In this document: positions 8,701 through 20,700 of the stretch, piece after piece | Layout of the letters: each line of letters begins with the position of its first letter | How positions within the stretch are numbered: the first letter of the stretch is position 1 | IMG/VR virus record: IMGVR_UViG_3300042519_002505 | Coordinates: 1-32,035 of that record | DNA from: a virus | Lineage: Duplodnaviria; Caudoviricetes | DNA length: 32,035 nucleotides | Direction: 5' to 3' (one strand) | Translations under genes and position numbers: made by a program | Notes under the pieces: model-generated | Databases searched by the model: none | What the model saw: only the letters and a program-made list of their open reading frames with translations | Told to the model about the DNA's origin: nothing

Positions 8701-11700
8701 ATTGTACACCTGTCCGCTGCCTTGCCCGTTTACCACAGCATAATATTCTGCACCAGTGCCGTTACCGCCAGAGATAGTAACTGCAGGGGCAGCACGATAT
8801 CCAGAGCCTGATTGAATCATTTCAACCGCTACCACTTGACCCAGGCTGTTGATTACTGCTGCTCCGGATGCAGCTACACCTGCATAACTCAATGCTGCTG
8901 TGCCATCTGTTTGTGATCCACTGGTGAACAGCGGCGCAATTGTTCCGGTAGTGCCGCTGGTGGTCACAGTGTACAAATTATCAACAAAGAAGATTTGTTG
9001 ACCTGCTGTGATTGCAGTTGATGCTGTCCATTCAGTACCAAATATTACAGTTGGTGTTGCAGTATAACCAGATCCCTGATTGACCACTCTAGCACTTTCA
9101 ATGCTTAACCAATGATTGGTGTACCACTGTGAATACGGCCAAGTGTTCCAGATAGTGCTGGACGCTGGTGTATCACTAGCAGAGTTAATAGTTGAATTAA
9201 ACGCAGTGCCGGCATTGTATGGCAACAGCACTGGACTAATATATTTTGGAATTTCCAGTGTGGTATCATAGTATGCTGGCACATCAAAGTCAGTTAGGTC
9301 GCCTCGAGAAATGTCAAAACCTGTGTACTTGAGATTGAACTCGCGCACCTGTACATGGTATGGTTTTACTTCTTGAATGTAATCACTTACAAATTCTTGA
9401 TTGTCACGCACATAGTTTTGATATGGTAACAGTTGACGAATTCTGTGATCCACGTCAATCAGACTGGTTTTTACCAACCACTCAGGTGCAGCAAACTCGC
9501 TCAACACAAAGTTAAACATCAACACTAGAGCTCGGTTGCGCTCAAGGGCCAGGTCATCAATAAACAGTTCTTGATTGATGGCCTGTATGATCTTGCGGGT
9601 TTCTGTAACAGGCTCTTGGTCATAATATTGTGCATCAAACACTTCAATATCAAATCCAAAACGTCCCACAGCATAATCCCATAATTCGTTGGAAAATGCA
9701 ATTGTACCATCTTGTAGACCCACACGTTCCCATCCAAGATCAGTCAACAAATATATTTCCCATTTGCCTTGTGCATTGGCTGTGACTTTGGCACTGCTGC
9801 CTACTGGTACATTGATTGCGCCCAGAGCAGAATATGTTACCACTTGTGTTATAATTTTGGTACTGGAATTGTAACCAGGTCGGTACCAATCAATGTAACT
9901 CCAGTAGTCTGGAGTATTGTATCCTTGCACCCGAGTAAGAACTAGCACTCGAGCGCCGGGGGTGGTATCGCTGGCTGTCACAGTGTAAATGGTCCAGAGT
10001 CCGCGATTGTTGCTGTCTGTTACCACCAAGTACTTGTAGCCCAGAGCCACAGCATAGATATTCTGGAATCCCAGAATCTCCAGATTGGCAACTCGTAGAT
10101 TCCACAGCCCTGAATTGGCAGTTGGTTCTGCTTCGCTGGAGTTCAACAGATTAAAACTGCGACTTTCGCTGATGGGATACTGTGCCAGCACAGTGTTGGA
10201 ATGTGTCAGGTAATTGCGCAAGGCTTCAAAGCGATTGGCAAACATTGACTGTCGAGGACGGAATTGTACTCCGTATTGTTCGGCCACTCCTAAATTGGGA
10301 TCTGGAACCTGATTACCAAATGTGTCAACGCCGCAGAAACTGTCTTGTAGCTTGCGATACAGATTGTCACTCAAGAATCCATTTGCTCTATCTTGTGCAA
10401 TTAATTCATATTCGGTATGCACATTGTCGTTGGTCAGTTCTCGGTCAAACTCAATGCTGATTATTGTGTCACTGGCTTCAATGTAGTCTCCAGAATTGTA
10501 CAGCGCAATTGTGCTGGCATTGATAGGAGCCATGTAAGCAATACCACTGGCCTTGGGGTCTGCAATGTAGCTGGCCACAGTTGACGCTGGCAGAGTCTTG
10601 TTGATTTTTGTGGACGTTGTGGTAATCCCACGCACCCAGAAATAATATTCCGTGATGAATGTGCCTTCTCTGCTTAGTCGAGTATTCACGGTGTAGGACA
10701 AGGACGTTAACGGTGCACCTTCCCCAGTGTAGTTTGCTGGCGGCACTGGACTTACAATCCACTGATACACATCAATTACACTGCCTGGGAACAACTGGCC
10801 CCAGCGGCGGCTGGCATACACAATGCTGTCTTGGTTGGGGTCAATGAATCTCACTGACGAAATATCCCACCAAATTTCTCCCACATGATCTGCATTCCAA
10901 GTGGTACCGCGAATGTTTGCTGGTCCCACATTGTATGCTGCTGGATCAACAGCACCAATGTAGTCTATGTTTTGTCGTGCAGCACCAAGAATCTTGCCTT
11001 GCAACGGATCAATGAAATCCAGGAATTCAGATGTTGCCTTGCTTATTCTGTCGTACAAGAACACAGAATTCAACAATCTTACATCTACCACAGGTTGTTG
11101 TTGTTCCAGCACAGTCCAGGCCAGAGAACGAGTGGGATTTTCAAACACAAATACCGCACCAAAATCTGCTGTGCTGTCCCCAGAATCATTCTTGGGGGCA
11201 CCGACCATGAGCACACCAGATGTATAATTGACTGCTGTGCCAAATCCATCCAGGGGTTGCACGTTGCTGTTGTTGATTTGTTCACCAAACACAAATTTGC
11301 CTGGATTGTTTATATTGGAGGTTGAGCTGGGCAGGTAATCGTATATGTACACTGCGCCGCTTTGTATGATCACCGTAAAGAACACTGTGCTGCCGGCATC
11401 AAATATTGTGGTTCCATCATCAAACACAGTTTCAAGATACAAGCTGCCTTGCGGTGCACCAACCACAAGGTTAATTGCACTGTTGTCTATGCCAACACTA
11501 GAGCCAAATCCGCTGAATTCTACTGGGTAAGGACTGAAAATTGTTTGTGTCCATGCATATGTGTCAAATCCTAGATCAGCAAAAGTTGCGCCAACTGTGC
11601 CGGGTGCCACATTGACTTTGTCTAGAGCGGGTGCAGCCCCTGAGTTCTTGACTCCAATGGTCAGATATCCAGTGGCGCTAACCGTGGCCAGTACGTTTGG

Positions 11701-14700
11701 TACTGTGGTGTTAATTGCACTAGCCAAACTTGCCAATGTTGCAGCCACTGGAACTTCGACATCCATATTGTTGATTCTAATTGTTTCGCCTGCGGTTAAT
11801 GCCGCAATAAAACTATATTGAATTCTACCATTGACTGTTCCGGTATTTTCATACATACCAATGGTGAAACTTGGACTGTAGTCTGCGTTGGCATCCTGCA
11901 CAGCCTGGTAAGTGTACAAACTAGTGATAGTTCCATAGATTTTGCTTTGATTTACAAAACGTTCAACCACACCACCTTTGTAGATCTGAGCACTGCTTTG
12001 AGGTTCGCCTATGTACAAACTGCAATTGTTGGTACAAAGATCCAGTGCCTGGCCAAAGTTTGAAAAATTTGCTACTGTTTGTTGATCAACTTGTTGTAGT
12101 TGTTGGAACTGGTTGGTTTCAATTTCAATTATGTCACCAATTTGTAGATCAGCATTGATAGTCACAACATCACCCAAGATAGTGAATGAGTTGGGCGCAT
12201 TGATCACGCTGTTAGTCTGATTGATCAAGAATTGATTGTTCACAATCACACTAACAGGACCAGTTGGAGTACCGCCCAGAACTGTGAATGTAACACTGGA
12301 TGTGTCTGTTCCGTAGATGAATCGTTGTACATTGCGATCAAACACATACACTGTGCCAGCTTCGACCAAGCTGTCAATAGTGCGGTATGGTGCACCAATC
12401 ATGACTTGACGACCATCTGTGCTGCATGACACTGACTGTCCAAATCTATCTCCAGCAGTGAGACCACCTGTAACAGAAGATGTGTCAATGGTGTCTACAT
12501 ATTCAAAGTAGCTGCCAGCAAATGCCACCACAACGTCAGTTGATATCCGTGCGGTAATAAATGTTACTGTGGTACCTGAGAATGTGTAGTCAATGTTGGG
12601 ACGCCATAGATCTTCATTGACCTTGATACTAAAGGAATATATGTTGTCAACCGTGAACAGACCCACACTATTTCCACTTGCATCAGTGCCATTGGCCAAG
12701 TTGAATGTTGCGTCATTGTAGGGAATCTGGAAGCTGTTGTATCTTGCAAATTCAATCAGCACAGATTCTAGTACTGTTCCTGTTCCTGTACCCACTGCGG
12801 TGGCCACAAATTCAACGCCAACTGTGTTGCTGGCTGCACCAATTGCAGTGTAGTCAGTATTGCCAACTGTTAGAATTGTGTAGGTTGTGCCAGGCACAAT
12901 TGCCGTGGCCACACTCACACCCGGCGGTGTTGTGAGTACTACTTCACCAAAGTTGCTGGCAATGGTATAGCTTGCGCCGTAAGTTTGAATTTGGCCATTA
13001 AAGGTTACTTTTAACTGACTGTTGTTGTTGATCTGTATCTGTGAGTTTATTTTGTAAACTGTTGTTGCACCGTCAGCAGTGACCTTGATTGACTGTTTTT
13101 CCCAGTCAACACGGCCATATGCATGAACTGAATTCAATCCAGGTGCACCAATATACATCCAGCGTTCGTCAAGACTCACGGCTACCGAGTAACCAAATTC
13201 TCCTGCACCTGTGAGCAATGTGCCATATCCAGAAGGCTGTGTCAACAGTTGCCATTGTGCATAAGGAATAACGCCAGGTTCGCCCAGCTCAGGATCTCGG
13301 AATATCACTGCCACGTAACCGTTGTCGGCTTGACTGCCCGAGCCTAGACTCTTGCTGGCTCCAGCAGCAGCCCAGGTTTGATCTCCAAAATCCACAGCAT
13401 TGCCGTATCCTCGTACACCAATTGCATCCAGGGTCAATATACCGTCTTGATTGGCTACTGGACTCACTGGGCTGTATTGGTCACCATAATTCTTAACGTA
13501 CACATACACTGCACCTGTTTCAGTTCCTGACCCAAATCCATATCTGGGACTGCCAACCAGGGCAGCCAGGCGATTCTGTGCTTGTGCAACACTAACACCA
13601 TACTGTTCCCCTGCATCCAGCAGCACAGGATTTAGTTCCACAACATCTGTGAATACTGAATTCTTTTGCAGCACTTGCCATAGCCCGTCTCCGTTGTTGT
13701 CTACCCAGACTTTGGCACCTGGCAAGATGTTGTTGGCATAAGGTAAATTGAGCACATCGCTGGCCTGTGCCACACGCATGGTCTTGAGTGTGAACCCAAG
13801 ACCTGTTCCATTGGCCACAGCTCTGTCACCAGCAAATGCAAATGCAATGTTCACTGTGGTCAAGTTGGGCACACTCAACACTTGATAAACTCCGTTGACT
13901 TCTATGTCAAAGAACTTGATGATCAGTTTGTTACCAGCGGCAAGACCATGTTGAGTGTTGAAAATTACTCTACTGGTGCCGTCTAGGTTGTCGCAAACGT
14001 GTTGAATAATTCCTGGCACCGCTTGCGCACGATAAATGTTCCAGTCGTAGTCATTGATCTTGGCCACCCAGATGCTGGTGCCAACTTCAATTGCATCAAT
14101 GTTGGCACTCAAGCTGGCAGAATCCACAATGTCAAACACTGTGATATCAGCGTCATCCAGGTTGACATAGCCAGCAGTGGGCAGACCAATGTCTGTGGGC
14201 AAAGTGGTGGTAGTTGGCAAAATGTCAGGACTGGTCAACTTGTAGCTTTGACGCCACACATCATTTAGCAAGATTTGTTGATCAGCTTCGCTAACCTGTT
14301 GTGGTACTACCACCTGCACCAGACCAGGATTGGCGTCCAGCAGCGCACGATTTAGGCGTAGTTCAAAAAAGCTGCGATTGGCATTGGCGCCATACACGGC
14401 ACGTTGAACAGCCCAGTTTTCGTAGATGTCATAGTCAGCAGCTTCTTTGCCCAGATTGGCCTGTTTGAACAATTCAGCAGATAGAATTGTGCCTTTTGAA
14501 CCCAGGAATTGTCGGTACACATTGACTTGACTCACGTCGTCAAGATTCAGCGCTGCCATGTACTGTCGTGGATGGAATCCAATCAAGCCATAGCTGAGCA
14601 AATCGTTGTCAGTTTCAATATTGGCTGCATTGATGTCATAGCTGTTGGCCAATTGATTGGCCTTGTTGGCCAGGTTGGGCAAGAGTCCCAGTTCAATTTG

Positions 14701-17700
14701 TGTGTAATCGCTCTGTGTCCAAACATTGAAATCAAATGTTTCTGACGGTTGTACAATTTTCAGTGCAGACCAAAAGACGTTTTTGTATTTGACAATTTGG
14801 CCTTTGGTATAAACACGCAGGCCGTCCCATTCTTCCACATTGTCCTGGTTGAGGATAAACCCCGGAGCGTCAACAGAGCCGTTCCAGTCGCCACTGGTCA
14901 CTGCCACAAGATTAAGTCTGCTTTGTCTTGCGCCGGTGGTTGGATCGTATATGAGATCACCAAACACACTTTGATTGCTCAGCACAATCATGTGTTCGTA
15001 ATTGGTAAATTGCATGTTGATAAAACTGATACTCTGAGTGCTCAGTGGCTCAATACTAAAGGTATTGCCCAGGCGCACAACATTTAGAGTGCGAGTAGGA
15101 AGTTCTCTGGAATTTTGATCCAGCAACAAGTTTTCGGTAGTTTCTGTTCGCACACTGTCAACCACCGCCTGGGCCTTGGACACACTGAGTTTGCTTGCCA
15201 AGGGGTTGACGTTGATAATGGCATCTGTGTCCCAGCCTTGTTGACTCCAGTACAAGAATTCATTGACCATTCTTGGCCAATCTAGCACATAGCCATTGGC
15301 AATGTTGTCAAACGCAAGCCCTTGTTGTTCAAGCAGTTTGCCATAGCTCAGCAAAAAGTCTGCCACACTGGTTTCATTGCTGAATACAAATCCATACGGT
15401 ACCTGTACAACTGTGGTGGTGTAAAGAGTTGGCACACGAACCGTGACGCCGCCCGAACTGTATGTTTCCAACTTGCCATTGGGATAGCTTTGCAGTATAT
15501 TGAAATATGGTTGATTGTTGCCATATCCAAACACAGCATATCCGCCAGTGACTTTTTGTATGGCCACGCTGGAGTAAATGATTTGATCAAAGGGCTGATT
15601 CTTGTACAACAAGATATCGTAGCTTTCATCAGGAATCATCAAAGCAGTGTTGGTCGAATTGGGACTGGACTTTTCAGTAAACAACTTGATGTATTGCTTG
15701 TCAGAGAATGACGCCATGCGATAGCACAGTCTCACGTCTAGACTCTTGAGATCAGCGGTCAGCAGTTTGGTTGAGTCAACACCGGTCTGACGATTGTAAT
15801 CAACCAACCAGTTGATGTAACTGGCTTTTGACACACCGTCGCCGTATACTTCTACGCCGTTGGCATCCAGGCGGTAACGATTGTTGTAGAGATATTGTTG
15901 ATAGTCTTCATTGTAGCGATACAAATCACGATCAGCAAACAGTGCAAAGAATTTTGCAGGACGTGTGACTGCCAACATATGCATGACTGAGAATGGATAC
16001 GAGCTGGAGTTCCACCAGGATGCTTCCACTGGGCCGCCGTCGCCAAGCGTCCAGCTCTTGACAAATTCTGTAGACGGGTTGTAGTTTGGAGGCAATGCAC
16101 CAACCACGCTGTCAAGAGGACTCAATATCTCACCTTCAGATCCTGTGGGAATCACAGGCAACAGACTAGGGTACGGACCTGATCCGTATTTTTCAAACCA
16201 GATGCCTTCACGCTTGGGACCAGCTACCATGCTAGCAGCTCTGGCAAACTCAGGTTTGAAGTATGGTGCAATTGGATCAGCAACATAGCCAGCTGCTAGG
16301 TCGTCCCAGAGCACCAAGTTATCATTGGTATAAGGTGCAGGACCGTAGGTGTCCTGCCACCATGTGGGTTCCTCGCTGATGCCCAGCATTTCCCAAGGAG
16401 TCAAACTTGGTTGTTGAGTGTCGTAGTAGTATCGATAGATGCCGCGCCAGGCACCCAGCAAATTTTGTTTGTCCAGGCGACTTTGTGCCCGGCTGTAGTT
16501 CCAGGTAAGTTCGTTATCGGCTCTGTAATTTTGTTGTCCGTAATCCAGCTTGTTCCAGCCACAATAGCTTAAAAAGTCAGTGGCAAAAATAGTATTGATT
16601 TCTTCAAAGTTGTAACCAGTTGAACGGAACTGACCAGGCAACACATCTTCTACTGTGAGAGGCACAGGATTACCATCCAGTTTTAGATTGTTGTAGATTC
16701 TTGTTTCAAATTCCAACAACACCGCATCACGAATGTCGCCGAATACCGGAGTGGTACTACCGTCATGTCCCAGTACAAAATTGCTGGTGCCAGTACTGGT
16801 CACTTGTGGAATAACTGCTGGTTTCCAGGCAGGATATAATCCAAGTTTGGTTGGCGTGTTGGGCACAAATGTGCCGTATGTGGCCTCGTATTCATTGATG
16901 GTCACTGTGTCGCCAATGGCCAACGTGCTCAATATTGTAATACGTGGACCGTCAACTGCCACAGTGTAATCGACCCCGCGGGTCAACAGTTGGTCATTGA
17001 GATATACCAACAAGCCAAGATAATTTGCCGAAGTATAGTTGTACACCTGCACCGTATCAAAAACCTGCGTGGTAATAAAACTCACATTGTAGGAGTTGCT
17101 GTCGGTGATAACGCCAGCTGGCAGCATATCACTCCAGTAAAAAGGCTGATTGTCAAGTTTGCCCAGTGTCACTGATTGTATTGCTGTGTCTAGCACTTGT
17201 GCTGTGGTATCAAATCCAATGTTCTGAGACAGCACAGCATCCAGCATTTGTGCTTTGAATTTGATATATTCACGACTGTTGTATTGCAGAGATGCAAAAA
17301 TATTGTATGCTGGGCTGCGCATAAAGTATCCAGCCAGAGTCAACGGCGCACTTTGTTGCAGAATAACCAGGCCATAAGGAACAATGTCTCCAAGGTCGCG
17401 GGTGTTGTTGGCACCGTTGACTGGTCCAGTTAGAGTTGTTAGATTTTCACAAATACTCTGATAGTGAGTGCGAATTGTGCCCAGAGTAAATGAGTTTGAA
17501 TTGGCATTGAGCGGATTTGATTCAAGATTGTTTGGCACTTGATAAAATGCCACCTTGCTGGTTTGATCACTCAGTACCAGCACCTCAATGATATCTCCAA
17601 GCACATATGTGCCCGACAAGGTAATTGTGGTACTGTCTGCTGTGGTCACATAGGAGTAAGTGGCAGGATCCTGGAATATGCTGCCAACATATATTTTGAT

Positions 17701-20700
17701 AACTGGAACTGCAATGGAAGTTTGCGCAGTCAGTGCCACGTCAAGTTTGAGTGTGGTAGCAGCATAGGAGAATTTGAACTGCTGATAGATTTGTTGTTCT
17801 ACCGCGGCAGTTTGCCATCCAATCAGCTTGTTGTATGTCAGCCGAGAACTGTATTCTCTAGCCGAGCCTGAACTGATGTCGTTGGTCACGCTCACATTGT
17901 CCACAACATACAAGAACGTATCCCGGTACAAATTGTTGTCAAATACAATATCGCCCACGTTGTTGATATTCAAGTACTGCAATGGAAATTGCAATATTGG
18001 ATCTAGTATTGAAGTGTTACCCACAGCATAGCTAAACAATTTACTGCCGCTGAATGTGGTTGACTGATACTTGGTGCCATCGCCAAAACTAACTCCGTCA
18101 ACGTCATAGATGTTGTACAAAGGCGCTTGTTGAACAGCAGTTTTTTGTTGTGCTTGTATCCATTCTACTCCGTCATACCAAAAAGTCAATCCAGCCAGAT
18201 CAGTACCGTTGGTACAGACAACCGATTGATCTATCAGAACGTCTCCGTCCTGTGCCAGTGTCAACACAATAATAGGTTGTGCAATCAGTGGTGGTACAGT
18301 GTCAGGTGTGACAAAACTCACAACATAAATTTTATTTCGAACAGCACTGTCTTGATCTGCTGCAAATATTACTCGTGTGCCTTCAACAAAGGTGTAGCCA
18401 TCAACACTGTAACTGGTTGAACCTTCGATATTTGAAAACGCATCTGTTTCTTCAAAGTCAACAATATCCACAGGTGCTTTGCCTTGTGTGCCCATGTTCC
18501 AGAGTCTGATGCCTGGACGGAATTGAATAATTGGCCGCTTGGCACGATAATTGTTGTCAAATACCGCCGTGGTGTTGTTGTATGCTGCGGTGGCATTGAT
18601 AACATCAACATGGAACCAGCGGTTGCTGCGTGTCCATGCATTCAGATCTTTGCTGGCACGATCAATTGTGAGATAATCTAGATCTGCGGGCTCTACCAGT
18701 GCTGTACCAGCATTTTCATCTTGAACATAAAGTTCGGGCGTGACAAAATCTGTGACTGGCAAGAGCTTGATTGCTGTGCCCACTCCGGCCACATAGTATT
18801 CGCGATCGCTGATGGCAATACTGTTCATAGTGCCAGTGCCATTTTGAAGAGTCACAGCAGTGTTGCCGTACTGGGTTGCACTCACAGTGAACTTTGTGCC
18901 GGCGGCTGCATTTGACCGCACATAATAGGTGGTTCCCGCAACTAGGCCGCCCAGCGTAGGCGATACAAATACCACAGCTTGACCAACATACAAATCAGTG
19001 CTGGCAGAACTGGTAATATAGTTGGTTCCTGCTTCGGTCTGGCTACAGGTAAATGCTGTTGTGCCTGATGCATAACTGGTTGGTACAACATCACCAGTAA
19101 ATCGTACCTTGAGACCGTTGGTAAATTTAACACCATTTGGTGCTGTGTAATCTTTGCGCCCAGCAATTTCGTCCACGTACAGAGTATTACTATCAGTTTG
19201 ATCTAGAAGTCTGATTTCTCCAAATATTTCTGGATCCGTACCGTCTTGATAGTATAGGACATTTTGTACAGCACTCAACAAGGGTATTTGTTGGAATATG
19301 CCCGTGGTGTCCTTGTACCATTGCGTACTGCTGTAGGTTGTGCCATTGGTTATTGTGAATTTTTCCAAGGGAGCAATGTCAGCAATCTTGTTCAGCTGAA
19401 TGTATGACACGCCAGCAATATCCACATAGGTAATTTGATATTTTTGATATCGTTGATCTGGAGCAATGTCTATGGTAAGATCAAATGGTATACTGTCATA
19501 ACTGCCATTGAGACCGTTGTTGGCAGAGTCTTGAATCAAGGGATCAAAGAAGCTGGTACGATACCAGCCGCCATCCTGTGTGTCCACTGTGGGATTTGTA
19601 AAGATAATGGTCCGGCTGTTGAGATTGGTGTTGCCGTCAATGCCGCCGTAGGTGGCTATAAATTCACTTACTGGCTGATTGTTTATTTGTGCAAATTGCA
19701 GGGTAGTCAGTAGGTCAACAGTACCAATACTGGTAAGATTGTAATAGAAATCTTGTGCTGTTTTTTGTGGCACGTTGAATACCACAGTACCAAGGTCTTC
19801 ACCGTTGTTGACCACACCCAGCACATCTCTTGAACTGATGTTGGGAGTAGACGTTACTGCACCCGATACGCCAGGAGTTGATTGAATCCAGAACCCGGGA
19901 CCTGTGCCTGGAGCAGAATTAACAATGTTCAAAGTGCCTTGCATCAGCACTTGATTTTCTGAAGCATAGTACAAGGTATCTGGAGCGTCTTGCGGCACTG
20001 TGAATGTGACCAGACCAGTAGTGGCACCATTGCGAGTCACACCTGAGCTGTATGTTTCACCCAGTCCTGTAGTAGGCTCAGTCTTGATCCAGAATGGATA
20101 TACACCACTCAGTGTCAAGTTGAACACGTATGTGTTGCCGCGAGCCAGAGTCAGCGTGGGATTGTTTTGAAAATCAATTACATAAGCCCCCACGCCGGCA
20201 TTGCGAACTCGATAGTTTACAGTTTCTTTGGCATTCTGCGACACTTGAAACGTGTAGCTGCCGCCACGAACCAGTTGGACGATTGGATCTGTGCCAGAAA
20301 TTCCAGAAAAACTGTAGGCACCATTTTCTCTTGTGACTACAAAATTATCTGTGATCGGAACGCCAACCGAAGCAACGTCAACTGCTGCCGGGCCTGCTGG
20401 TACCCAAAAATATTGACTAAAGTTCACAAACGCATCAAAATCAACAAACGGATCCCAGCTATAGTATTCGCTTGAATATAGTCTATCGGGTCGAGCGCCA
20501 GATCCACCTTGAAAAGTCACAGCGTCATTTAGACCTGGATATGTTATGACATCCTTGATTGTGTCTGTGTCCGGCTCTAGACTAACAACACCAGGCTCCA
20601 GTTGATAGTTGGCTCTGGTTGTGGTTGGCTCAATCACATATCGGTCGTTGGGGTTGACACCCGGTCCCACTGTGCGGCCAATGAAGCCTTGCGTCTTTTT

